Shown: piece by piece, positions 30,013 to 40,928 of the stretch | Position numbering within the stretch: the first letter of the stretch is position 1 | Layout of the letters: every line of letters starts with the position of its first letter | Assembly (NCBI GenBank): GCA_038064575.1 | Contig: JBBTST010000008.1 | Location: 2,458-66,457, forward strand | Direction of reading: 5' to 3' | Source: Patescibacteria group bacterium | GTDB lineage: Bacteria > Patescibacteriota > WWE3 > UBA101185 > 2-01-FULL-41-18 | Length of the DNA: 64,000 nucleotides | Translations under genes and position numbers: made by a program | The notes under the pieces: generated by a model | Database searches by the model: none | Told to the model about the DNA's origin: nothing | What the model saw: only the letters and a program-made list of their open reading frames with translations

Positions 30013-31146
30013 TTGTATATGATCGAGAGGTTATTACTCAATTTAATACTCAAAGAACAAAAAGAAGGGTTTATCACCCTCATTCACGGCTCCCGCCGGG
30101 TTGGAAAGACCGTCTTACTAAGCCGTATTCTTGACCGCTTTCCTCAGGCAGAAAAGCTTGTTCTAAACGGCGATACCGATGAAGCAAGAACTCTTCTTGG
30201 CACAACCTCTGAAGTGAGTCTTACAGGACTTGTTGCAAACTACCCTATCATTGCAATAGACGAAGCGCAAAGAATCCCAAATATCGGACTTTCTTTAAAG
30301 ATAATTATAGACAAGTTCCCAACAAAGAAGATTTTTGTGACGGGTTCATCCTCTTTATACTTAGCCAAGGGTCTTCACGAAACTCTTACCGGCCGAACGC
30401 TGAAATACAAACTCTTCCCTCTTTCCACAAAAGAATTAGCTCAAAGCCTTAAACCGCACGAAATTCCCTTTCTGCTTGAAAATGAACTCATTTACGGCGG
30501 TTACCCTTACATACAAAACCTCGCTACTCCGACCGAAAAGCAGGCATACCTCCAATCGATTACACAAGATTATTTGTTTAAAGACCTCTTAGAACTTGAA
30601 CGGCTGGAAAACCCCGACTCGCTCAAAAAACTTGCGAGTTTGCTAGCTTTTCAGATTGGCAGTGAGGTTTCGCTCAATGAGCTTGCAACAAAGCTCTCGA
30701 TAAATGTTAAAACGGTGGCGAGGTACTTAAACCTTCTTAAGGAAAGCTTTGTAATCTTTGAGCTTGGTGCGTTCTCGTCTAACTTAAGGGATGAGGTAAC
30801 AACCGGCAAAAAATACTATTTCTACGATTTAGGAATAAGAAACGCGTTGATTTTACAATTTCATTCACTTGATGTAAGAACTGACATTGGCAATCTATGG
30901 GAGAATTTTTTGGCCGTCGAAAGATTAAAAAAGCATGAATATGAGCGAAATCTTACACCCCACTACTTCTGGAGAGATTACGCTAAAGCGGAAATTGACT
31001 GGATCGAAGGTGCATCAGGAAGCTTAAGTGCGTTCGAGTTCAAGTGGAAAAACCGCGCTTTTAAGACCCCAAAGAAATTTAAAGATAAATATGGGCTAAC
31101 TGCTTCTGTTGTGAACAAAGAGAATTATCTGGGTTTTATTATGTAA
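30013..31146 (+). CDS. AAA+ ATPase (AAA_14 + DUF4143 family)
   Basis: Walker A 'GSRRVGKTVLL', Walker B 'IIAIDEAQRI', and a C-terminal DUF4143-like region. Confidence 0.75.
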   Translation: MYMIERLLLNLILKEQKEGFITLIHGSRRVGKTVLLSRILDRFPQAEKLVLNGDTDEARTLLGTTSEVSLTGLVANYPIIAIDEAQRIPNIGLSLKIIIDKFPTKKIFVTGSSSLYLAKGLHETLTGRTLKYKLFPLSTKELAQSLKPHEIPFLLENELIYGGYPYIQNLATPTEKQAYLQSITQDYLFKDLLELERLENPDSLKKLASLLAFQIGSEVSLNELATKLSINVKTVARYLNLLKESFVIFELGAFSSNLRDEVTTGKKYYFYDLGIRNALILQFHSLDVRTDIGNLWENFLAVERLKKHEYERNLTPHYFWRDYAKAEIDWIEGASGSLSAFEFKWKNRAFKTPKKFKDKYGLTASVVNKENYLGFIM

Positions 31147-31621
31147 ATTTCATCCCGACCCATAAAACACCTTTTCATCTTTTGTGCCATTTCCATGCTC
31201 AAATACCCTTGTTCCTGCCCAATTTAAGCCCAAAAACAGCAGGGTATTTAAAGGTCTCTTGGCTCCTTCCAATACCCATCCTGAACTTCACGGGCCGCAA
31301 CGCCTGCAAAGCCATCTTCCTATTCTCCCTTGCTCTGCCCTGGTCTTTTGGAAGATGTTACGGTCAGGTTCCGAAGGATCTAATCTCACCACTTGCCGAG
31401 GGTGGCTGATCCTTTTGAGTTGGCGCGCTTTTAAGCCTCTGTTTTGAAGCTATAACCTCCCACCGGTTTTTTTCCCGGCTCTAGGGCAATCTTTGCATGC
31501 GCCGCGGGGAGGAATTTAAGAAATTATTTAGTCATCGTAAGTAATCCTTTCTTTCGGTGACTGTTGTGGCCGACTAGCCAACCAATTTCGGGCAGCTGCC
31601 GGTCCACGGGGTACCAAAAAA

Positions 31622-31630
31622 GGGGGGGGG
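31622..31630. repeat. G9 homopolymer tract flanked by GGTACC and GTCGAC
   Basis: Seen directly: GGGGTACCAAAAAAGGGGGGGGGTCGAC. Confidence 0.5.
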
Positions 31631-31764
31631 TCGACAAGAGGGCTTTGTTACTGGAACATAGCTCTCACATCCTTTTTATTTTTTGTGATTCTAACAGAAT
31701 AGAAGAAGAAAATCAATAACTATAGGTTCTTGTCTTTTAAAGAGTTGCCATATATAATGCACGC

Positions 31765-32016
31765 ATGACAAATGAAACTGTTATCAAAGCTCAAATTTAT
31801 CTTCCTAAAGCCATCTATGAACTACTTAAAGAGCGTTCAAAAGCCACAGGGAGTTCCATTGCCCTTCAGATCAGACAGGCTTTGGCGGAATCAATCAAAG
31901 AAGAAACAGCCTCCAACCCTTTGCTCAAATTCTCTCGAAAATTTGCCAAAAAAAGATCCAAAAGCTTTAGAAAAAATATAGACGAAGTAGTCTATAACGA
32001 CACTTATGTCCCCTAA
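31765..32016 (+). CDS. Putative antitoxin (RHH/VapB-like)
   Basis: 'IYLPKAIYELLKERSKATGSSIALQIRQAL'. It overlaps the downstream PIN gene by 11 nt. Confidence 0.5.
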   Translation: MTNETVIKAQIYLPKAIYELLKERSKATGSSIALQIRQALAESIKEETASNPLLKFSRKFAKKRSKSFRKNIDEVVYNDTYVP

Positions 32017-32467
32017 AAAAATGCTTATATCTAAAAATGGAGACATTCTTGGTAAAGCTGTGCTTGCTGACTCAAATATAATTATTGCCTCTTTGGACTC
32101 TAATCATCCAGACTTTTCAAAAGCAGAAGATCTTTTAACGGAAGTTCAGGATTTGCATCTGAAAATTGTTCTGACTGACCTTATTCTTAGTGAGGTAAGC
32201 ACATTTCTTCTGCACAACTCTCTTTTTGAAGAGCTCTACGCGCTATTTGACCTTATTGAAGAGAACCAGCTGGAAATTATTCCTTTTGAAAATGGGAAGC
32301 TGAGCCAGGCAAAGGAAATTATTAAGGAGAGGTCAAACGGAAAAATAAGCTTTTGCGATTATTACTCGATGATACTTATAAAAAGTTCTAACAGATATTA
32401 CAAAAAAGCTATCCTATCTTTGGATGAGCACTTCAAGGGGAGCAGGCTTTTTATAGATGTTAAATAA
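32006..32467 (+). CDS. PIN-domain toxin (VapC-like)
   Basis: 'AVLADSNIIIASLDSNHPD', 'IVLTDLILSEV', 'FCDYYSMIL' PIN residues. Confidence 0.7.
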   Translation: MSPKKMLISKNGDILGKAVLADSNIIIASLDSNHPDFSKAEDLLTEVQDLHLKIVLTDLILSEVSTFLLHNSLFEELYALFDLIEENQLEIIPFENGKLSQAKEIIKERSNGKISFCDYYSMILIKSSNRYYKKAILSLDEHFKGSRLFIDVK

Positions 32468-32562
32468 AACCTGTCTATCTACAAAAAGAGGGCGTCCCTG
32501 AAGATTAAAAACCTTCAAAAGAGCCCTCTTTGAAAACGCCGGATGTAATCGCTTTGATTTTG

Positions 32563-33114
32563 CTAGACGCCTCCGCCAACAGCTCTATTTCTTTGAATCC
32601 TTCTCCAAAAAAACAAACCGATGAATAGAAGCGAGGCTAACTCAAACAAAAGCAAGCCAAGTAGAGCCCAAGGTATGGGTTCCGTGCTCGGTTCCGACAG
32701 CGCGTATAGTTCAGGCCGGTAATACCCAGGGTAATCCATTCCTTTAACCTTCCCTATCTCCCAACCTTCTACAGCGGGCGGTGGAGGGCAAGGACCAGGA
32801 AAATTCCGGCTATAAATTTCACGACCAGCATCAAGAGTTACGGCGTTTGGGATGAACCCCAACTCCAGAAGCCTCTCAAAAACTGTGTAAGCTTCCTCCA
32901 CATTCTGGTCAAGCTCCACCGTCACCTCGCAGATTTGGGTTTTGGGATCGGTACCCATTGAGTTGAATTGGATGGACCGTACCCCTTCTCTATACTTCAC
33001 GAGCTCGGCAACAATTTCGGCAACACCCTCTGTTTGGGCCAGGGCCGAGACCGGAGTAGATACGAACACCGCCAAAGCCAGCAGAAGTCCTAAAAGCTTG
33101 TGTAATCTTTTCAT
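32563..33114 (-). CDS. Secreted protein with signal peptide and C-terminal TM anchor followed by a basic cluster (PEP-CTERM-like tail, tentative)
   Basis: N-terminus 'MKRLHKLLGLLLALAVFVSTPVSALA'. C-terminus '...STEPIPWALLGLLLFELASLLFIGLFFWRRIQRNR'. Confidence 0.4.
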   Translation of the reverse strand: MKRLHKLLGLLLALAVFVSTPVSALAQTEGVAEIVAELVKYREGVRSIQFNSMGTDPKTQICEVTVELDQNVEEAYTVFERLLELGFIPNAVTLDAGREIYSRNFPGPCPPPPAVEGWEIGKVKGMDYPGYYRPELYALSEPSTEPIPWALLGLLLFELASLLFIGLFFWRRIQRNRAVGGGV

Positions 33115-33418
33115 TTTTCTCTCCGTTCAAAGATTTGGATTTGGGGAGAATTATACTATAAGTGGCCATGTTTAGCTTTCAGACTTAAAGCCTGAGGGTG
33201 GGTACCTCCGAAGTTGCTTTGAGTTTTAACTTCCATACCAAACATCTGTCTCTCCAAGAAGATCTTCATCCTCACCTACTTTTTCATTTGAGGTGGTCTT
33301 TCCCCTTTGCCTAACCTAGTGCTTCTTTTTCTTCATTGTTTTGAGGCTCTTCTAGAAAAGTATCCGACATCGGCTCTGTTTTTTCAACTAGAAATAGCGT
33401 GTGGCAAAATGCTAAACA

Positions 33419-33826
33419 TTATTCCGGCTTTGAAACAGTAACACCATTCAGTTTAAGCAATCTTTTGTCAAATGTTCGCAGGACTCCTGGCCCTTGTGCT
33501 GACGCCAATGCAACAAGGTATGCATCTACAAAAGAAATAGAATTGCTGCTAAAAACGTCTAAAGCCTTTTGCATAAGAATCCTGTTAATTTTAAATTTCT
33601 CATAAGAAACCAGAGCTTGCAGCTTATCTACGACTTCGGCCTTGCTTAAGTCATAAAAAGAAAGAAGAACAAAAATCACCTCAGCAACGACCATGTCCGG
33701 TACAATCAAAGTTTTGGGCGCAGCCTTTTTGAAAAAACCCTCTATAACCGCAGCTTGCTCCGGTGTGTCGTTAGTAAGAAAACGAATTAGAATGTTAGTA
33801 TCAAGAATATCTAAGCTTTTTTTCAT
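33419..33826 (-). CDS. PIN-domain toxin (VapC-like)
   Basis: 'ILDTNILIRFL', 'IVPDMVVAEV', 'ISFVDAYLVALA' PIN residues. Confidence 0.7.
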   Translation of the reverse strand: MKKSLDILDTNILIRFLTNDTPEQAAVIEGFFKKAAPKTLIVPDMVVAEVIFVLLSFYDLSKAEVVDKLQALVSYEKFKINRILMQKALDVFSSNSISFVDAYLVALASAQGPGVLRTFDKRLLKLNGVTVSKPE

Positions 33827-34058
33827 ATTCTTCTTTTAGAAGTTTTAGCACTGTTTTATCAGCTTGCACCGGAGAGTATGTTCTGCTGGATTTAACAGAT
33901 CCTTTAAAGGACAAAAAATTCTTTGCCTGAGTTAAGACAACCTGATTGTTGGTCATACTAAACGTTACTTTCTCAAAAGGTTTTATGTCGAGCTTTTTTC
34001 TTATCTCTATTGGTATGGTCACCCGTCCTTTTTGAGTCAGAGTTGTATTATAAATCAC
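33801..34058 (-). CDS. AbrB/MazE-type (SpoVT/AbrB looped-hinge) antitoxin
   Basis: 'TQKGRVTIPIEIRKKLDIKPFEKVTF'. It overlaps the PIN gene by 26 nt. Confidence 0.6.
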   Translation of the reverse strand: MIYNTTLTQKGRVTIPIEIRKKLDIKPFEKVTFSMTNNQVVLTQAKNFLSFKGSVKSSRTYSPVQADKTVLKLLKEEYEKKLRYS

Positions 34059-34147
34059 AGTAATGATACTGTATCATAAGTAATACTTATTATCAATGAG
34101 TAATGCATACGGTTAAATCCGTGGTACCCTGTTGCTTCGCAAGTGCG

Positions 34148-34223
34148 TGGTGGACCTGGGGGGACTCAAACCCCCCACCTCCGCAATGCGAATGCGGCGC
34201 TCTATCAGATGAGCTACAGGCCC
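34148..34223 (-). tRNA. tRNA-Ala (anticodon CGC), CCA encoded
   Basis: Reverse complement GGGCCTGTAGCTCATCTGATAGAGCGCCGCATTCGCATTGCGGAGGTGGGGGGTTTGAGTCCCCCCAGGTCCACCA. G3:U70 pair, T-loop GTTTGAGTCC, anticodon loop TTCGCAT. Confidence 0.85.
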
Positions 34224-34349
34224 CTAACAAAACAATTAAAAAATTCTCCCCCGGACTAAGACTTTAGAACATAAAGATTATGCCACTTATAGGTTTGAAA
34301 TAATATCGCGTTTATTAGACAATAGCCAAAATCCCAAAAAATAATACAG

Positions 34350-34994
34350 GTGGAGAGAAAAATGAATAAAACAACCAAAAGAGCGCTGTTGACCTTGATT
34401 TGCGCTAGCTTACTAGCAGCATGTGGGACTGTGCTTCCAACTCATGCCCCCGCAGCACAGTCAGTTACGGGAAATGCTAAGTATTCAGGGATGGAAGAGA
34501 TGCAAACAATTGAAGTTGAGGTTGGCAGAGCGTATGGTATAGCCTATCAGGTTAACCAGACTTCCTACTTTTCCTTCTTCCAGATCCTTGAAAAAGAGGA
34601 GGAAACTCTACACAGCCTTGAGCTTCATTCTGAAAATGGCTTTTGGTTGTTTGAATACGAGTTTTTGTGGTATCGCGTGTTCAAGATAGAATCCGTTTCC
34701 AAGGATAAAGCCATAATCAGTATGGATGTTAAGTCTTATCTTTTTGACACCTTATGGATTGACAGGGCTGGCAACATTAACATCTACCCTGGAACCGTAA
34801 CTGTAGAAACAAGGTGGCATGTTACCCCAAATGGTCTGTACTTGCTTCAGGGAGATACCATGTATGGGCCATACAGCTCAGGGGACGAGGTACAAATTAG
34901 CAACCTTCCGGTTGGAGAAATACACACATTTGTGGTTGGATCTGGCAAAGATGCAAATGGAAATAACATTGTAGTATTGAGTCCTAAGGATTGA
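34350..34994 (+). CDS. Lipoprotein (hypothetical)
   Basis: Signal peptide with lipobox 'LLAACG'. 214 aa. Confidence 0.5.
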   Translation: MERKMNKTTKRALLTLICASLLAACGTVLPTHAPAAQSVTGNAKYSGMEEMQTIEVEVGRAYGIAYQVNQTSYFSFFQILEKEEETLHSLELHSENGFWLFEYEFLWYRVFKIESVSKDKAIISMDVKSYLFDTLWIDRAGNINIYPGTVTVETRWHVTPNGLYLLQGDTMYGPYSSGDEVQISNLPVGEIHTFVVGSGKDANGNNIVVLSPKD

Positions 34995-35069
34995 CGGCAC
35001 CTAAAACGCTCAAAAATAAAACCCGGTTGCACTAACTTTTGCAGCCGGGTTTTTGCTTTCTACATTAGT

Positions 35070-35690
35070 TCAGGGAGTCTTTGGAGTAATACAAACACTT
35101 GCATTACCTATCTCTACCTGAAAAACAACAGTCCTTTCAATCCCTAAAGTATCCAAACCACCGCTTTCATTCTCATGGAATACCTCAAATAGAAAAGACA
35201 CATCTACTGCCCCCCCTGCCCCTTGCATCACTTCTTCAAAAGTATAAGGACTCATACCTTCAGGAATTTTATAACCTGGGTATAAGAAGGACATGGTCAC
35301 CCCATCAGAATTCCAACTCTCAATAGTGATAGCGGTGACTGCCGAGTCTACCAACTGCGTGGGATTTTCAGGGTTCCTGAGCCGCGCTTGGGCAAAATAA
35401 GTGACCGGAAGCACTGGCGCATTGTTCTGGATGCAAACAACCTCCTCAAGCATCCAAGAGCTCTCCCCCAGTTCAATGAGAGTCATCTCCCCATTAGCCC
35501 CACCTGTGCTTTTTACCCAATCATAGACCGCGGGGTCCTGATTGGAATTTGACACCAGTATTTCCGTAGAAATCCCTGTGGTGGAAACTGTGGGTGAAGG
35601 GGTTTCAATCCTGACAACAACGGGTTCTGGTTCTGCCCCACACGCTGCAAGAAGCAGAGAACCAATCACCAACCAAAGTAACCTATTCAT
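35070..35690 (-). CDS. Lipoprotein (hypothetical)
   Basis: The ORF extends to 35756 but the likely start is 'MNRLLWLVIGSLLLAACG' (lipobox). Confidence 0.5.
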   Translation of the reverse strand: MNRLLWLVIGSLLLAACGAEPEPVVVRIETPSPTVSTTGISTEILVSNSNQDPAVYDWVKSTGGANGEMTLIELGESSWMLEEVVCIQNNAPVLPVTYFAQARLRNPENPTQLVDSAVTAITIESWNSDGVTMSFLYPGYKIPEGMSPYTFEEVMQGAGGAVDVSFLFEVFHENESGGLDTLGIERTVVFQVEIGNASVCITPKTP

Positions 35691-35808
35691 TTTTACATTT
35701 TCTCCTCTAGAGCTTAAGATTTTGGGGATTATAACATAATTATAGGTTATATACATTTCTAAGGGCTTTGAAGCTGCTATTTAAAGGTGATAGGACTATA
35801 AAATGTCT

Positions 35809-35885
35809 TGGTGGACCCTAGGGGACTCGAACCCCTCACCTCTTCCATGCCATGGAAGCGCTCTAGCCAGATGAGCTAAGGGCCC
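35809..35885 (-). tRNA. tRNA-Ala (anticodon GGC), CCA encoded
   Basis: Reverse complement GGGCCCTTAGCTCATCTGGCTAGAGCGCTTCCATGGCATGGAAGAGGTGAGGGGTTCGAGTCCCCTAGGGTCCACCA. G3:U70, anticodon loop ATGGCAT. Confidence 0.85.
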
Positions 35886-35972
35886 TTACAAAGGGACCGG
35901 ACAGCAAACGGAATTATAAATTAGATCCGTCAAAGCTTCTAGGTTCAAAAAATGTAGCCCGTGTGAAAAAGA

Positions 35973-38332
<2,360 letters not shown>

Positions 38333-38453
38333 AAGTGTCCAAAGTCAGGACTGAGGGCAATTATAACTCAACCTATTCAAAGTTGAAACTTACTCAAAAA
38401 CACATCTTAGCTTAATGAATCAAGCCAAACCAACCACCTTAGCAGCCGTGAAG

Positions 38454-39869
38454 CTATTGACCTTGAGCAAGAGTTTGTAAAAACTCTTCATTGTTTTGCG
38501 TTTTTCTCATTCTCTCCACCACAAGTTGAGTAGCTTCCCTCTCATCCAAAAGATCAACCATTCTTCTAAGTCTGAAAACTGCTTCCAGTGTCTTTTTCTC
38601 ATATAAGAGTTCTTCATGCCTTGTTGAGGACTTCTTGATATCAAGAGCTGGGTAAATTCTTCTTTCTGCCAGAGTTCTATCAAGGTGCAGTTCCATGTTA
38701 CCAGTTCCCTTAAACTCCTCATAAACCAGATCGTCCATCCTTGAGCCTGTATCCACTAAAGCTGTAGCAATAATTGTTAAACTACCGGCAGATTCAAAGT
38801 TTCTGGCAGCTCCAAAAAAGTGCTTTGGAGGGTACAGTGCGGAAGGATCAAAACCGCCTGATAGCGTTCTTCCTGAAGGCGGAACCACCAGGTTATAAGC
38901 TCTTGCCAAACGGGTTAGAGAATCCATTAGAATAACAACATCTTTTCCGGCTTCAGCCAGACGCTTTGCTCTTTCCAAAACTATCTCAGCAGCTCTTGTT
39001 TGGGCTTCAGCTGCTTCATCAAAATTACTGGCAAACACTTCCCCATTAACGCTTCTTTGCATATCTGTTACCTCTTCAGGTCTTTCTCCAATTAAAGCAA
39101 CCATCAAAACTACCTCGGGATGATTTGTGGTAATACCATTTGCAATGTCCTTAAGAAGCCAGGTTTTACCGGCTTTAGGAGGCGCAACTATCATAGAGCG
39201 TTGTCCCTTACCAACAGGAGAAATAAGATCAATCAACCTAGTTGACAGAATATCTTTAGCTGTCTCAAGTCTAAGCCAAGAATTTGGAAAAACAGGTATG
39301 AGCTTTTCAAATAAGGGTCTTTTGCGGGCAGCCTCCGGATCCATGTCTTCAACTTTTTCCACCCTTAACAAAGACAGGTATCTTTCATTTTCTTTGGGCG
39401 GTCTTGCAAGCCCTTCTACAATATCCCCCATCCTTAGAGCAAAACGCCTGATTTGGGACTGGCTTATATACACGTCTTTTGGAAGATTCTCTTTTGCATT
39501 TTTATCTTCCTGTCTTAAAACACCATAATCGGGCAAAATCTCAAGTACTCCTTTTACCGGAACCGTTTCACCTAAAAAGCCTTCCGGTCCAAAGTCAGAG
39601 CCCTGCATATAACCATACCCACCGTTTTGCCCCTGATTTGTTGAGGCATCCCCATTTTGGCCTTGGATTGGCTGATAACCTTGCCCACCTTGTGATCCCT
39701 GAGGAGCCTGAAAGCCTTGTGAACCCTGGGAAAAGTCTTTAGGCTCTCTTGACCCTCTGGTATCTCTTGCATAACCGCCTGAACTTGAGGAGTCACCATT
39801 TCTGGAATAGGACCTTGAAGGTTGATACTCTTTGGGTGAGTTGGATCTATACATAATATTACTTGGCAA
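38454..39869 (-). CDS. rho: Transcription termination factor Rho with Q/G/Y-rich N-terminal insertion
   Basis: Walker A 'APPKAGKTWLLKDIA', RNA-binding/Q-loop regions, 'RVEKVEDMDPE' OB-fold. Residues ~40-100 are low-complexity Q/G/N/Y-rich. Confidence 0.9.
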   Translation of the reverse strand: MPSNIMYRSNSPKEYQPSRSYSRNGDSSSSGGYARDTRGSREPKDFSQGSQGFQAPQGSQGGQGYQPIQGQNGDASTNQGQNGGYGYMQGSDFGPEGFLGETVPVKGVLEILPDYGVLRQEDKNAKENLPKDVYISQSQIRRFALRMGDIVEGLARPPKENERYLSLLRVEKVEDMDPEAARKRPLFEKLIPVFPNSWLRLETAKDILSTRLIDLISPVGKGQRSMIVAPPKAGKTWLLKDIANGITTNHPEVVLMVALIGERPEEVTDMQRSVNGEVFASNFDEAAEAQTRAAEIVLERAKRLAEAGKDVVILMDSLTRLARAYNLVVPPSGRTLSGGFDPSALYPPKHFFGAARNFESAGSLTIIATALVDTGSRMDDLVYEEFKGTGNMELHLDRTLAERRIYPALDIKKSSTRHEELLYEKKTLEAVFRLRRMVDLLDEREATQLVVERMRKTQNNEEFLQTLAQGQ

Positions 39870-40140
39870 ATTGCCACAATTAAATAAACTTAAATTTTAG
39901 CTTTAGACTGAAGTTTCATAAGAAAAACCAACGCAAACCGCAAATACCAAAAACAGCCTTAATGTTTTGATCTGTAATGATTAAAAAATTGCATGTTGGA
40001 CTTTGGATTCAGAAAGATGAATAACTTCTTCTTAAGGTAAAGCCTATCTTAAATGAAAAACCCTGTCAACTGAGAAGTGTAATGGTGAACCAAGCAAGTG
40101 TTGAGGAAGACAAAATTTGTACCTTGGCGCCTAAATACGC

Positions 40141-40180
40141 AAAAAACTCGGGATAAAACACTGTTTCTTCCCGAGTTTTG
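40141..40180 (-). terminator. Intrinsic terminator downstream of tRNA-Arg and the tRNA-like element
   Basis: AAAAAACTCGGG-ataaaacactgtttcttc-CCGAGTTTT. It reads hairpin + U-run on both strands. Confidence 0.5.
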
Positions 40181-40185
40181 TAAAT

Positions 40186-40344
40186 TTGGTCTGATGGACT
40201 CGAACCATCTTGTGATTTGAGCCTCAATTGGCACCACCCCACTTAAAAGTTTGGAAGTGGCTCCTTTCCTAATTGGGATCTGCCGGCATTATCCGCTACT
40301 TACTTAAAAGTAGTAAACACAAAGCGTTAGCAGATCAGACCAAG
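40186..40344 (-). ncRNA. ~158-nt tRNA-like structured element (10-bp terminal helix TTGGTCTGAT/ATCAGACCAA plus canonical T-arm GATGGTTCGAGTCCATC); function unknown
   Basis: Perfect 10-bp inverted repeat at both ends. T stem-loop sits directly 5' of the 3' strand of the terminal helix. No D-arm or U8. It lies between tRNA-Arg and a terminator on the same strand. Confidence 0.3.
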
Positions 40345-40417
40345 TACCCTCGACAGGACTCGAACCTGTAACGCGGAGCTTAGAAGTCTCCCGCTCTATC
40401 CATTGAGCTACAAGGGC
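40345..40417 (-). tRNA. tRNA-Arg (anticodon TCT), CCA not encoded
   Basis: Reverse complement GCCCTTGTAGCTCAATGGATAGAGCGGGAGACTTCTAAGCTCCGCGTTACAGGTTCGAGTCCTGTCGAGGGTA. Anticodon loop CTTCTAA as in E. coli argU. Confidence 0.8.
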
Positions 40418-40439
40418 CCTGTTAAAAAGTTTCCCTTTC

Positions 40440-40928
40440 CTAGCGATACCGAATAATCTTTCTGGTGTTAGCAAGATATAAAATCACGTCTCTACCTGCC
40501 AACACCCTGTTAAAGTTATCAACATCCACTCTTCTGGCAAGTCCCAGAGCAAGTGAGAATTTGGGTGGAAGTTCATCAGATTGCAAACCCCCCAACCTAA
40601 TGAGAATAACTTCTAGCACACCTTCTGAGAGTGCCTCCCAGATATCATCTGGCAGATAATATTGCCTCTTGAAAAGCACCACAGGGTTCAAAGACAATTC
40701 TGCCCTACATCTTTGAAGGGTTCTGGCCAGAGCTTCCAACTTCTTTCCCAAGGAGAAGTGATTTTCTCCCAGGTCAATTGATAAAAGGAGGTCAATTACC
40801 CTTTTAAGCTGTTCGGGCTTTGGCAAAGGCTTACTACTAACCTTTGGTTTACCTAACTTAAACCCAGAACTTCTTGTAGGGTGATAAAACTCTTCAGCTA
40901 AATAGTCTAAACTAGGGATGCCATACAT
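40440..40928 (-). CDS. Hypothetical protein
   Basis: 162-aa ORF with no recognisable motif. Confidence 0.4.
   Translation of the reverse strand: MYGIPSLDYLAEEFYHPTRSSGFKLGKPKVSSKPLPKPEQLKRVIDLLLSIDLGENHFSLGKKLEALARTLQRCRAELSLNPVVLFKRQYYLPDDIWEALSEGVLEVILIRLGGLQSDELPPKFSLALGLARRVDVDNFNRVLAGRDVILYLANTRKIIRYR

Noticed and set aside
40186-40344. Interpreting the 158-nt tRNA-like element as a bona fide tmRNA.
   Set aside because: It is too short for any known bacterial one-piece tmRNA. It has no GGGG 5' end or encoded CCA. Scanning all frames gave no tag-peptide ORF ending in hydrophobic residues (the best was ...GKEPLPNF*). It is kept as an unclassified tRNA-like element instead.
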